The notes beneath the pieces were generated by a model. It saw nothing but the letters and a program-made list of their open reading frames with translations, ran no database searches and was not told where the DNA came from. A program made the translations under genes and the position numbers. A stretch of DNA of 63,868 nt, filler included, from Octopus bimaculoides (lineage: Eukaryota): assembly GCF_001194135.2 (NCBI RefSeq). It is 5 parts of 5 records of this genome, joined end to end, with 100 filler letters (N's around TTAATTAATTAA, not from the genome) between each part and the next. Parts side by side here need not be neighbours in the genome. Positions count along the whole stretch, not along the records: positions 24,079 to 29,989 come from NC_068996.1; positions 30,090 to 57,061 come from NC_068998.1; 3 more parts are not named here. The stretch is one strand, 5' to 3'. Positions 26,975 to 40,211 of the stretch are shown here, piece by piece. The first letter of the stretch is position 1; each line of letters begins with the position of its first letter.

Positions 26975-28223
26975 ATCCCATAAATAATGCAGTTTTTTTT
27001 CAATTGCACGAAGTAAAAGTCAGAGGGGATTGAGATAAGCTAGCTGCATCAACTTGCTACAAAACAGGAGGTAATTTTACTGTGTACTTATTCTTAGTGC
27101 AAGTTTTGAAGAGTGCAGTTTGATTTTAACAGTTATTTTTTCAAAGCTATAATGGAAGTGACAAAGGAGCATATTCAGCCCATTTTGCTTTATGCATTCA
27201 ATAAAGGCAACAATGCAACGGAAAGTGCAAGTAATATTAATGAAGTATGTGGGGATCGAACAATAAGTATAAGCCAGTTTCAATGGTAGTTCCAGAAATT
27301 CTGAGCTGGAAACTACAGCCTAGAAGACGAGCCTCATCTTGGAAGATTTGTAGAGCTCAATGAGGATGTTCTGCAAACCTTGGTGGAACAAAATCCCATC
27401 ATAGTTGTTGAGGAACTAGCAGAGAAGCTTGGATTTAGTCATTCAACCATCCATTGACACATGCATGCTATTGGAAAAGTCAACAAATCTGGTCAATGGG
27501 TTCCTCACAGACTTTCTGTGTCTAATCATACACAGAGAGTGAATTAGTGCTCTTCTTTGCTGTCACGTCTCATGAATGACCTTTTTGGGGGGACTGAATA
27601 GTGACTGGTGACAAGAAATGAGTTCTCTATAAAAATGTTAAGCACTGAAAACAGTGGGAAGGGAAAAGAGAAACACTGGTACCCCAGGCTAAAGAAGGTT
27701 TTCACTCACATAAGGTGTTGTTATCTGTTTGGTGAGATATGAAAGGTTTAGTCCACTTTGAACTATTAAAACCAAACCAAACGATAACAAAGATCTACTG
27801 TGAGTAGCTTGAGAGCACTAGAAGAAAAACGGCCATCTTTGGTTTCAAGATGAAAGGTGTTCTTTCATCAGGATAATGCTTGGCTACATACAGCAAAGAT
27901 GACATTCCAAAGGCTGGAACAGTTTGAATGGGAAACGACGTCCCACCAACTATATTTGCCAGACATTGTCCCATCTGATTATCATTTATTCTGCAATCTT
28001 CAAAATCATTTGGATGGAAAAATATGAATTCTGTAGACGAGGTCAGAACAGTACTGGAGGAGTATTTTTGTCACAAATAAGTGAATTTTGGAAGAGGGTC
28101 CTTGCAAGTCTACCAGATAAATGGAAGAGCATTGTATATTTTAGATTAAAAAAGAACTTTGTTTACCTTAATTTTGAAAAATAAAAGTGTTAAAAAAAAC
28201 ACATTATTTATGAGATGACCTAA
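26975..28223 (+). mobile_element. Mariner transposon, near full length, pseudogenised
   Basis: ATG at 27152 (MEVTKEHIQ..LLYAF.KG.NA). WVPH.L, TGD, HQDNA and YLPDIVPSDYHLF (D,D34D) motifs with stops and frameshifts. TIR remnants ATCCCATAAATAATG (left) and CATTATTTATGAGATGACCTAA|TA (right). Confidence 0.9.
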
Positions 28224-28251
28224 TATATATATATGTGTGTGTGTGTGAGTA

Positions 28252-28580
28252 TGTATGTGGTTAGAGCATTGGGCTTACAATCATGAGGTAGTGAGTTCAA
28301 TTCCCAGATGGGGCTGCGTGTTGTGTTCTTGAGCAAGACACTTTATTTCATGTTGCTCCAGTTCACTCAGCTGTAGAAATGAGTTGCGACATCACTGGTG
28401 CCAAGCTGTATCGGCCCCTTTGCCTTTCCTGTGGATAACACTGGTAGTATGACGAGGGAAGGCTGGTGTGCATGGGCAACTGCTGGTCTTCCATAAAAAA
28501 ATAACCTTGCCTGGACTTGTGCCTCGGAGGGGAACTTTCTAGGTGCAGTCACATGGTCATTCATGACTGAAAGGATCTTA
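28252..28580 (+). mobile_element. tRNA-headed SINE (family E)
   Basis: TGGTTAGAGC...GAGTTCAATTCC head and TTGTGTTCTTGAGCAAGACACTT core shared with the heads at 49757 and 59725. Confidence 0.7.
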
Positions 28581-28614
28581 ACCTTTTACATATATGGACA
28601 CACACGCACGCACG

Positions 28615-28649
<35 letters not shown>

Positions 28650-29802
28650 ATACATATTAAAAAACACATAAATTGAATAATACTTTCATAAACATGTATC
28701 TAACATAATCATCATCATCATTATCATCACTTTATGCCTGCTTTCCATGCTGGCATGGGTTGGACGGTTTGACATGGAGCTGGCTAGCAAGGAGCTGTTC
28801 AGACTCCAGTTGTTAGCTTTGGTATGGTCTCTACAGCAGGATGCTCTTCCTAACACCAACCACTTTACAGAGTGTACTGGATGCATCTCATGTTGCACAG
28901 GTGCATTTAAGCAGCACTGGCACCTGTAAGGGACAAACCTATATGTATGCTTGTATGTTTATGTATGTCTGTGTTTATGTGGTGCATGTACATGTGTGCA
29001 AGTGATACATGTTTGTGTGTGTGTTTGCATCAGTATGTATGCATGCATGTGTATGTGTGCATGCATGTTTGTATATCCATGCATGTATTCATGTGTGTGT
29101 GTGTGCATAAGTATATATATCTGTATGCATGTGTGTATATGCATAAGTATATGTATGCATGTGGATGTGTGTGCATGTGCATGTATATGAGCATATGTGA
29201 GTATGCATGTGTTAGTCTCTCTGTGTGTGTATAAGTATATGCATGCATGCATTTGCATATGTGTGCATGTGTATGTATGTTTGTATGTATGTGTGTGTGT
29301 GTGTGTAGAAGAGAGAGAGAGAAAGAGAGTATATGATGCATTGATTGTTAGTTAAAGTTTGGATTGTCGAGATTGTGTCTGTCAAGTTGTGTGTCTCTTT
29401 GTTCTTGCATAACCATTTGATAACCAGTGTTGGTTTGCTTATGACCCTATAACTAAGCAGAGCAAAAGAGACCAATAGAGTAAGTAAAGGAAAAAGTAAG
29501 TATTGGGGTCAATTTGTTCAACGAAAACCCTTTCAAGCCAATGGCCCAACATGGTCACAGTCCAATGACTGAAACGAATATAAGATAAAAGAAGATACAT
29601 ACACATAATGCATACATATATAATATAAAAAAGAAAAGCCGTTGGAAAACAGATTATAGCAGAGACTCCATCTAAGAATATCTGAAGAAGGAATTGTATT
29701 CTGAAATATCATCGGACTATGGATAACTAAATTACAACAGGTATATAGTCCATTTTTTGTATTATAGTGCATTGTTGTACCATTCAAAACTTTTTATTCT
29801 TT

Positions 29803-29833
<31 letters not shown>

Positions 29834-29834
<1 letters not shown>

Positions 29835-29989
29835 TGGGTTGTCTGGAAAGTTCATGCCGATTTATAGTAGCTTACCTTTCGACTTATTTTAGAACATGGT
29901 TGAGTCCATAAAATAGGATTTGACTACACCTTCATTTATAGCACAGTTTAAGCTATCTTTTCGTGGAAGAAGGTTTATGTTCCTATAAC
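29834..29989 (+). mobile_element. Mariner-type left end, truncated by gap
   Basis: TA|TTGGGTTGTCTGGAAAGTTC resembles mariner TIRs. Confidence 0.5.
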
Positions 29990-32779
29990 NNNNNNNNNNN
30001 NNNNNNNNNNNNNNNNNNNNNNNNNNNNNNNNNTTAATTAATTAANNNNNNNNNNNNNNNNNNNNNNNNNNNNNNNNNNNNNNNNNNNNTATATAGATAG
30101 ATAGATAGACGGACAGACATATATACAAACACACATACACACATACTCGTACACACAAACACGTTCATGAGTTCCTGGATTTAGGGGCATCGTGAAAGGC
30201 TTGGTTTTTGCATGACAGGCGCTAGCGTAACGAAAACAGTCGAAATATTTGGTGTGAGGCCCCTTCCCGTGAGGAGGAGCTTGTTCTCTTTTATCACGAG
30301 GGAGGGTCTGTGGGAGAATTTTTGGACTGCCTGGGCAACTGAGACCATAGGTACTCAGACTGCACAGGCAGTTCAATATGGCCTCCACAGGTGGCTGTGG
30401 AGGTAATAGAACATAAAATTTTGTCAAAGTTCATAGCAACCTTTGACAAGAAAGAATTTGCTTTCCTTTTCACGGGCCCCAACTTGTCGGTGCAGAGTTG
30501 TCTGCAGGCAGCAAGTTAACTTGCTTGGGGGCTCTGATGAGGAGGATTGATCTTTACCTTATTGATTTTGTATTGATATTTTTGATTTTATAGGAAAAAT
30601 TCCAGCCAGTAGTACTCATAAAAAAGCTCCTTAATGTATCATTCTACAAAACATACAATATATAGTACGATATATGTTTTTAAGTTACGAAACAATTTGT
30701 CATAATGTTTGAATTTTCTTGTTTTTGAATAAAATTTCATGGAACTATTTCTGTCATTTATGACTTTATATATATACACACACAGAGATTGGTAGGTAGA
30801 GAAAGAGAGAAAGAGAGTGTGAGAAAGGCAGGCAGACAGGCAGAGAGAGATAGACAAAAGTTAACTAAGTGAGATCACCCAAAGCAACCATGCCGTGAAT
30901 TGTGATAATTCAAGGAGGTCTTTGTATATGTATATTTGAATTGGGTATGCAAAAAGTTTGTAATGAAATGAAATTTATATTGTGATAGGGAAGAAAATAT
31001 CAAACTGGTTATTCTTAAAGGGAAGAGGAAATAATTTCAAATTTTTTCAATCTTGCTTTGAACAGAAGACATAATCTGATGAGTAGACAAAGTTACAAAG
31101 TCTTTTTATCTGTTTTATTTGCATAATTACAAAAATAATGATCTTAAGAAAATAACTCACAGTTGCCTCATGGCAAGAATCGAAATATTTCATTGAGGTT
31201 GAGATGAACTGAAAGTTGTGAGCAAAAAACATTTAAAGAGCTTACATTTTAGCTGAAGACAAAAAAAAATCAAAGGAAAATTCAATTTTCCATGAAATTA
31301 ATTCGTAGTCTCTAGAAAGTTTTTCCACTTTTCTTTTAGAGTGGTTAACAATAGAAATACTGCAAAGTTTCCTTCTTTTCTGCTTAAAGGTAAATTTTGA
31401 TTAATTAAACAAGAATAAATAATGAATGCACAAGAGATACATAGGATTATAAGCAAGCAAATAGAAAAGGACTTTGTTAGTAGCAGATTTACAAGAATTG
31501 TTCGATGTAGTAGTTAAATCTTACAAATGCTCAGAAGACTGCTTAGAATGGATAGCTTCTGTTACAGAGGTGACTCAAAAGACAGAGAAGGAGTGTTATA
31601 TGAAAGCATAGAAGGCAAAGTAAGAGCTAAGTAGAAAAAGAGATTATGGAGATTACCTTTATTAGCATCAACAGGATATTCTTCCTGAGTAAAGGACATT
31701 TTCATGATGTTCGGGCATTTTTGTATGATTGTATGATATTTGTGTACATAGACACAGGCATGGTTGTGTAGTTCTGGGTTCAGTCCCATTGTGTAGCAGC
31801 TTGGGCAAGTGTCTTCAACTGTAGCTCAGAGTAGACCAAAACCTTGAGACTGGATTTGGTAGATGGACATTAAGTGAAGCCTGTTGTATGCATATTTATA
31901 TATGTATGTATAAATATATATATATAAATAGAGAGCAGTCACCATATTTCATCCNNNNNNNNNNNNNNNNNNNNNNNNNNNNNNNNNNNNNNNNNNNNNN
32001 NNNNNNNNNNNNNNNNNNNNNNNNNNNNNNNNNNNNNNNNNNNNNNNNNNNNNNNNNNNNNNNNNNNNNNNNNNNNNNNNNNNNNNNNNNNNNNNNNNNN
32101 NNNNNNNNNNNNNNNNNNNNNNNNNNNNNNNNNNNNNNNNNNNNNNNNNNNNNNNNNNNNNNNNNNNNNNNNNNNNNNNNNNNNNNNNNNNNNNNNNNNN
32201 NNNNNNNNNNNNNNNNNNNNNNNNNNNNNNNNNNNNNNNNNNNNNNNNNNNNNNNNNNNNNNNNNNNNNNNNNNNNNNNNNNNNNNNNNNNNNNNNNNNN
32301 NNNNNNNNNNNNNNNNNNNNNNNNNNNNNNNNNNNNNNNNNNNNNNNNNNNNNNNNNNNNNNNNNNNNNNNNNNNNNNNNNNNNNNNNNNNNNNNNNNNN
32401 NNNNNNNNNNNNNNNNNNNNNNNNNNNNNNNNNNNNNNNNNNNNNNNNNNNNNNNNNNNNNNNNNNNNNNNNNNNNNNNNNNNNNNNNNNNNNNNNNNNN
32501 NNNNNNNNNNNNNNNNNNNNNNNNNNNNNNNNNNNNNNNNNNNNNNNNNNNNNNNNNNNNNNNNNNNNNNNNNNNNNNNNNNNNNNNNNNNNNNNNNNNN
32601 NNNNNNNNNNNNNNNNNNNNNNNNNNNNNNNNNNNNNNNNNNNNNNNNNNNNNGGCAGGTAATGCTAAGTAAGTGGTATGGACACACTGTAGTTAAACTC
32701 TTGGTTCAATAGTGATATGAGTGAGGAGTTTAATGTGGGTCTTGTATTAGCATGCATATATATATATATATATATATAT

Positions 32780-32905
32780 GTTAGACAAAATGAGATAACA
32801 AGACCAAGCCTGTGAGGAGTTTTCAGGACATTTATAAGGAAAATGAGATAGATATAGTCTTACACCTGTTTCTGGGATATTATGGATATCCTTTCATCAG
32901 AGATG
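32780..32905 (-). mobile_element. PLE terminus with hammerhead motif (32858-32905)
   Basis: Minus strand TCT-CTGATGA-AAGGATAT-CCATA-ATATCCCA-GAAAC-AGGT-GTA-AGA. Inverted copy of 34617-34736. Confidence 0.7.
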
Positions 32906-33300
32906 ATGTGAAATGGTTAAATAGAGGTAAATGTTTGAGTTTGAAATAAGAAATTATTATGGAAAAGAAGAGATACGGAATATAGAGGAGAATAAGAGAA
33001 TGAAAGTAGAAATAAAGTATAAAATGTTGTAGTTGCAGTTCCATTATTCGAGTAAAGTGGTGTATAGAAGTGGTAAAAAAAGTTTCCTGTACATGGTATG
33101 TAAGTTCCAATAATAGTTCATGTTTAGTTATTTCAAAGTATGGAGCCATGTATTCTGTGTTGTGCATTAAAAAGGGTTTTGTGGTGTGAAGGAAAATTTG
33201 AGAATGTATTGGTAGTATTTGTGGATAGATGGGCATGGGAAGAGATGTGTATGATTAGATTGAGGAGATAGGTCAAAATGAAAGCTGGAAGAAAAAATGA
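32906..33300 (-). mobile_element. Degenerate PLE RT fragment
   Basis: Weak remnants (ELLLELT...NNGTA, resembling the PLE 'LL.L.L..NYF.F...YLQ..GTAMG' region), directly upstream of the hammerhead terminus. Confidence 0.4.
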
Positions 33301-34309
33301 GAGGAGAAAGAGAGAAAAAAGAAAATGAACAAAAAATAAAAATAAAATAAAAATAAATAAAAATGAGAAATGAGTGAAAAGGTGAAGAAAGGGTGAAACA
33401 AGTGAGAAAAGGAGTGTTAGCTGGTGGTCAAGATAATGTGAGGGGAGGATGGGAGAGGAGTGGCAGAGGGGCATTGGAAGAAATGAGGAGGTAAGGAGTG
33501 AATAAGTGTGAGATATGTGAGTAGGGGTGATATCATAGGGCTGCATTAAGGGATGGGCAGAGAAAAGGTATGGGTGAGGTGATACCAAAGTGAGTTGTAG
33601 TTTTAGAAATAAAGTATAAAGTGGAGGGATGTCAAATTTTTATAAATAGACGTACGTGATAGGTTAGTGTGATAGGCAGGAATTAAAGAGGAGGAAAGAA
33701 GACAGTATAATGACATATGTACGCATGCAAACACGTACATATACATGTGCACATATGCATGCATACATATACACACACACAAACATATATACATATATAT
33801 AAACACACATATACATACAAATACATATATGCATGCATATTCATGTGCATCCGTAAATGTGTTCATACAAATATATGCATGTGCATACATATACACATAC
33901 ATACATACACACATACATACACACTGGTGCACATGCACTTACACATAGTCACATGCACGTGTGCATACAGGTACTTATGTATACATATATGCACATAATA
34001 CACTCATATATTTATATATACATATGCACATACATATGCATACACGCACATGCACAAATACACACATAGATATACATACATACATAAAAATACATGCTCA
34101 CATATTTACACACACACACACATATATTCGCTTGTGTGTCCATATATGTAGTATTAGATGATTGAGATCCTTAAAGTAAAGTAGGGGAGTTAAAAAAATT
34201 AAAGATTACAAATTAAAATGGAGATAAAGGAAAGTTAAATATGGTTGTTGGGGATTATTTAAGGGGTGTTGTGAATATATGCTGTATGGTCATTTAGGTT
34301 GCATTTAAA

Positions 34310-34616
34310 TTTGTGATAAAATTTGAAGGTATGAAAAAAGCGGTGGTTGCATGTACTTAGGGCCTCATTATATCTATTTAGTGGTGTCGAGGAGTTGTGT
34401 TTTAATATGTGGAATGCCACTTTTAGGCATAACTTACAGGCTAAGCTCTAACCTTCGTATGGAAACCCAGAATCTATTATGGACCATGACAAAATGTAGG
34501 GAATATTTCTATTTTTGAGATGATGGACGTAACTGGTGAATGTTGTGGATTTACTGTGTCTCTTGCATCTAAAAGAATTGAGATGAGTGGCATATTGATG
34601 TTTAAAATTTGGATAT
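34310..34616 (-). mobile_element. PLE GIY-YIG endonuclease C-terminal fragment
   Basis: FKHQYATHLNSFR...STTFTSYVHHLKNRNIPYILSWSII...CKLCLK..FHILK...LNRYNE.LSTCNHR, typical of PLE GIY-YIG ends. Confidence 0.8.
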
Positions 34617-34736
34617 CTTCTGATGAAGGGATATCCATAATATCCCAGAAACAGCTGTAAGACTATATCGTTTTCCTTATAAATGCCTTGAAAACTCCTC
34701 ACAGCCTTGGCTTTGTTATCTCATTTTATCTAATAT
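34617..34736 (+). mobile_element. PLE terminus with hammerhead motif (34615-34665)
   Basis: CTGATGA-A-GGGATAT-CCATA-ATATCCC-A-GAAAC-AGCT-GTA-AGA: 7-bp stem II and self-complementary ACAGCTGT stem III. Confidence 0.75.
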
Positions 34737-34747
34737 ATATATAAAAG

Positions 34748-34980
34748 ACACATAAAAGACACCATTTCGAGCGTGGCCGTTTTCGTGCGGGTGACACGTA
34801 AAAGCACCTACTACACTCTCTGAGTGGTTGGCGTTAGGAAGGGCATCCAGCTGTAGAAACTCTGCCAAATCAGACTGGAGCCTGGTGTTGCCATCCGGTT
34901 TCACCAGTCCTCAGTCAAATCGTCCAACCCATGCTAGCATGGAAAGCAGACGTTAAACGATGATGATGATGATGATGATA
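34748..34980 (+). mobile_element. SINE/LINE-tail element F ending in (GAT)n
   Basis: GGTTGGCGTTAGGAAGGGCATCCAGCTGTAGAAAC...CATGGAAAGCAGACGTTAAACGATGATG. Homologs at 28705-28930 (-) and 35150-35275 (+). Confidence 0.7.
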
Positions 34981-35351
34981 TATAGGTCAGCGAGAAGTTT
35001 AGCTTAATGGTAAAGCACTTGACTGGTAATCACAGGGATGTGAGTTCAAGTCTCATGGGTGACTGTTGACAAATTTTTATAAAGGCGGTGCTCCAGCATG
35101 GCCGCAGTCAAATGACTGAAACAAGTAAAAGAGTAAAAGAGTATATATGTATTGGCGATAGGAAGAGCATCCAGCTGTAGAAACTCTGCCAAATCAGATT
35201 GGAGCCTGGCGCAGCTATCTGGTTCGCCAGTCCTCAGTCACATGGAAAGCAGACACTAAACGATGATGATGATGTATATATATATATATATAGGTGCAGG
35301 CATGGCTATGTGGTAAGAAGCTTGCTTCCCAAGCACATGGTTCTGGATTCA

Positions 35352-35392
<41 letters not shown>

Positions 35393-36250
35393 AAATCATT
35401 CTTATCAATATACATTATACAATGGAGATAAAATATATGGTAGAAGTGAATCTCATTTAATTTTTATCTTATTTCATTTCTAATTATTCTGAATTATCTT
35501 TAGTATTGTTTTCTTTAAACACTGTAGTTCATCAGTTGGAAAATTCATTTTTTCACTAATTCATTTTTTCCAACACTCCTTTCCCTTTTTGACCATAATA
35601 CTAACCATAAATCAGACACTAACCCTAATTTCTTCTTGCACAATCACAATCTCCTATATTTAAAACATTAAATTCAGAAAAAAATGGGAAAATAGACAAA
35701 GATTTCAAAGTTGTAAAAGTGAAGGGGAAGGTGGCTGGCAAAATTTAAAAAAAGCTGAAACTGGAAGACTTTGTTTTTTTTTGTTTTTTACAGTATCCCA
35801 AGAGAATTTTACAAAACGGTAAAGCATGCTTATTGTAAAATCCAATATAAACGTTTGTTTAATTCTCATATGATTTGGGCGAGTGTTATTTATATTATAT
35901 ATAATTGAGGTGGAATCAAATTTGTTCTTCTTGTGTAACTCAGTGCAGATTTTAAACATGGGTGTTGTTTATATGAAAGAAATACTTACTAAAGTTAAAT
36001 AAATCCATGAGTTGGTATGACCAATTATTCCTTTGATGGTGGCACCCAATACAATAACAATTCAATATCCTGAACTTGTCAAAGAATTCCAAGAATGTCA
36101 GAATTATATGAATTTGAATCCATAATATTTTAGATTAACTTTAATAGCTACTACAACACTGAAAAATCAAAAATTATATGTAAAATAAGCTACACCAAAC
36201 GATGGGAGTATTTAAAATACAAGCTTTTCTAGAAAGCAAGAATTTCTGCT

Positions 36251-36455
36251 TACTCTTTTACTCTTTTACTTATTTCAGTCATTTGACTGTGGCCATGCTG
36301 GAGCACTGCCTTTAGTCGAGCAAATCGACCCCAGGACTTATTCTTTGTAAGCCTAGTACTTATTTTATCAGTCTCTCTTGCCGAACCGCTAAGTGACAGG
36401 GACGTAAACACACCAGCATCTCGGTTGTCAAGCAATGTTGGGGGGACAAACTGAG

Positions 36456-36487
<32 letters not shown>

Positions 36488-36674
36488 GACAGGATTCTTT
36501 CAGTTTTCATCTACCAAATCCACTCACAAGACTTTGGTTGGCCTGAGGCTATAGTAGATTACACTTGTCCAAGGTGCCATGCAGTGGGACTGAACCTGGA
36601 ACCATGTGGTTGGTAAGCAAGCTACTTACCACACAGCCAATCCTACGCCTATCAATACAGCCACTCCTACGCCT
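36251..36674 (-). mobile_element. SINE family A, full copy
   Basis: Reverse-complement homolog of 39796-40211. Confidence 0.85.
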
Positions 36675-36977
36675 TGTAAATTTGTGTTGCTTATAAAGTT
36701 CTGCTTACTACAATTTGGCTCATTTCTCATAATTATGATCCCCTCCTTCAACAAGATACAACAAATTTGTTCACAAGGGTGAGATTACCAGAAGCTACCA
36801 AGTTTATAAAGGTATCTGAAAGGTAAATGTAAATTTATTATTATTTTAAAAATAATTCCATTTACAAAAGGAAAAAGAAAAGAATTGCTGAATAAGCACA
36901 TACAAATAGATACTATAAAGAGTCAACAATTTACACAATATACATACATACATACATACATACACACATACAGATAC

Positions 36978-37014
<37 letters not shown>

Positions 37015-37300
37015 CACACACACACACATATATATATAGATAAACAGATAGATATGTATGTATGTATGTATATATATACATATATATATATCGATAGATA
37101 TATATATGTATGTATATATATATATGTGTATATGTATATATATATATATATGTATATATATCCAAAGTTTTAAATATTTACATTTAAGAAAGAGATTTGA
37201 CGCCAATATCCATATTTAATCCGATGTTAACATCTCCTGCTATATTGGTAACGATTACATTGTTTACTTTGAAAAATGATATGTATATATATGTATATAC

Positions 37301-37340
<40 letters not shown>

Positions 37341-37651
37341 NNNNNNNNNNNNNNNNNNNNNNNNNNNNNNNNNNNNNNNNNNNNNNNNNNNNNNNNNNNN
37401 NNNNNNNNNNNNNNNNNNNNNNNNNNNNNNNNNNNNNNNNNNNNNNNNNNNNNNNNNNNNNNNNNNNNNNNNNNNNNNNNNNNNNNNNNNNNNNNNNNNN
37501 NNNNNNNNNNNNNNNNNNNNNNNNNNNNNNNNNNNNNNNNNNNNNNNNNNNNNNNNNNNNNNNNNNNNNNNNNNNNNNNNNNNNNNNNNNNNNNNNNNNN
37601 NNNNNNNNNNNATATATATATATATATATATATACATATATAGATATATAT

Positions 37652-37858
37652 ATTTCTTTCAGTCATTAGACTGCAGCTGTGCTGAGCTACTGCCTTGAAG
37701 AATTTGAGTCAAATGAATCAGCCATAAGACTTTGCTTATTTTTTAAGCCTAGTACTTATTCTATCAGTCTCTTTTGCTGAACAACTAAGTTATGTGGGCA
37801 TAAACACATCGACACTGGTTGCCTAACAGTGGTGGGGGACAAACACACACACCCACAT

Positions 37859-37902
<44 letters not shown>

Positions 37903-38041
37903 GTCAGGCTTCTAACACTTTTTGTCTACCAAATTCACTCAGAAGGCAATAGTAGAAGGTACTTGCCCAAGATGCCATGCAGTGGGACTGAGCCCAGAAC
38001 CATGTCATAGGGAAGCAAGCTTCTTACCTCACAGCCACTCC
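37652..38041 (-). mobile_element. SINE family A, full copy (older)
   Basis: Reverse-complement homolog of 39796-40211 with CpG decay. Confidence 0.8.
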
Positions 38042-38296
38042 AACACACACACATATATATATACATATATATATTGTTGTATTTCAGGATGGTCATTTTA
38101 TTTATTTATTCATTTAATTTTTGCCAAATAAGCACACACACTATATTTTTTGTCCCCTCACTTGTTTCTTACTGTTATTTCATTATTTAACACCTGTCCA
38201 TCGTCCAGATATCTTTCGTCGCATATCTGTGATCTTGTCAGCGATGCTTTATATAATATATATGTGTATGTATGTATATATATGTGTGTGTGTATG

Positions 38297-38352
<56 letters not shown>

Positions 38353-39248
38353 TATATATACAAATATATATTTATTTCATAGTCTTGGCAGCTCTTTCAA
38401 ACTAACCAACTCATGCAGGCACAAAAGAATTAATGTTAACATTGATGAATGTATATAATATAATATGATATAATATAATATAATCTCTCCGCTCTTTCCT
38501 ACTGGGGTAACCTCTATAGTAAGACACTTACCTTTGTCCCTCTGTTATGCAAAAACCTCTCACTTGGCACAGAGTCACTCCTCTCAATTCCACAAAGAAA
38601 TGATCTTGATTTGCAATTTCCATGTATTTTAAGGGGAACATGAGCACATATAGTAATGGTTCTTTCAGCGAAGGTATTAAAAAATCGAGCAGGGGAATCC
38701 GAGTGTGTGTGCTAGTTTATATAGGTTTATATAGGGTGGGAGTGGGGGTGGAGGAAGTCTTGGCGAAGCAAGTGGTAATTGAAAGAGAGAGAAACAGACA
38801 GACAGACAGAGTGAGGCTGGGAGATAGAGAAACAGAGTTAGGCAGAGAGAGGGAAAGAGGTGGGGTGACAGAGTTAGGGTGGATAGAACATGAGGGAGAA
38901 AAATATTCTGTTGGGATTTGGGTAGCATAATTTAATAAAGTTTTCAGTCAGCTAATCTATGACAAAATTAGAGAAATAAGTGACTATGATAAACTTGAAT
39001 AAATGAATGAATATGTTGCGGTTAAGGATATGCGTGAACTAAGGTTATCTTAAGGTAACAACGAGGAAGACGAAATTATTGAAACTATATTTACATGTTA
39101 ACATGGTAATGAAATAGACAGAATAATGAAAAGAACTAATAAGGGGTTTATGATCTGCGCAGAAATAGAGGAGTAGATGAAAGAGGTTGAAAAGACAAAA
39201 CTTCTTATCTGGGCATCTTCTGAGATTTGTATCCTTTCTGCAGAGGTA

Positions 39249-39279
<31 letters not shown>

Positions 39280-39409
39280 GCATGTGTATATATGTGTGTA
39301 TGTGTATATATAGGTGTATGTGTGTGCACCATTGTTTTGTCGTTGACAACATTTTTCCCTTTATGTGTGATCAAGATGGCACTTGATCAGGCTGCTACCG
39401 TGTATAGTT

Positions 39410-39602
39410 CTATATTTAAGAGACGAGGAATTATGTACATTATTTACATTATTTACATTTGATGGATATCTTGTTTGTTGTTAATAAAATTTCCCCAAGA
39501 CATCTGATGAAGGCTGGAAGGTATATCAGCCGAAATGTTGTGTTAACAATAAACAAAATAAGGACAAATATCCATCTAATATAAATAATATAAATAATGT
39601 GC
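39410..39602 (+). mobile_element. Shorter palindromic member of the same family with one hammerhead (39497-39545)
   Basis: Same AGTTCTATATTTAAGAGA..GAATTATGTACATTATTTAC start. CTGATGA-AGGCTGGAAGGTATATCAGCC-GAAATG (CpG decay). Inverted arms. Confidence 0.75.
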
Positions 39603-39746
39603 TACTGTATATGTCTATACCTGTGGTCACAGGTACAGCCTACACACTTGAATGATAAGCTATGTGTTGGTGGTGGTAATATGTGTATATATATATATAT
39701 ATATTCCCTTATTGGGATTGTCACATTAAGTTGACAATATACTACA

Positions 39747-39792
<46 letters not shown>

Positions 39793-39795
39793 GAT

Positions 39796-40211
39796 GCAGG
39801 AGTGGCTGTGTGGTAAGTAACTTGCTTACCAGCCACATGGTTCCGGGTTCATTCCCACTGTGTGACATCTTGGGCAAGTATCCTCTACTATAGCCTCGAG
39901 CCGACCAAAGCCTTGTGAGTGGATTTGGTAGACGGAAACTGAAAGAAGCCTGTCGTATATTTGTATATATATATATGTGTATGTATGTGTATATGCTTGT
40001 GTGTCTGTGTTTGTCCCCCCAGCATCGCTTGACAACCGATGCTGGTGTGTTTACATCCCTGTAATTTAGCGGTTCAGCAAAAGAGACGATAGAATAAGTA
40101 CTAGGCTTCCAAAGAACAAGTCCTGGGGTCAGTTTGCTCGACTAAAGGTGGTGCTCCAGCATGGCCGCAGTCAAATGACTCAAACAAGTAAAAGAGTAAA
40201 GAGTAAAGAGT
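39796..40211 (+). mobile_element. tRNA-derived SINE family A, full copy
   Basis: A box GGCTGTGTGGTAAG, B-box-like GGTTCATTCCC, internal microsatellite and 3' tail GGTGCTCCAGCATGGCCGCAGTCAAATGACT(AAAAGAGT)n. Many homologs in the window. Confidence 0.85.

Noticed and set aside
30150-30560. GC-richer block with 64-129-aa ORFs on both strands
   Set aside because: No recognisable domain in any frame; possibly a LINE remnant but unsupported.
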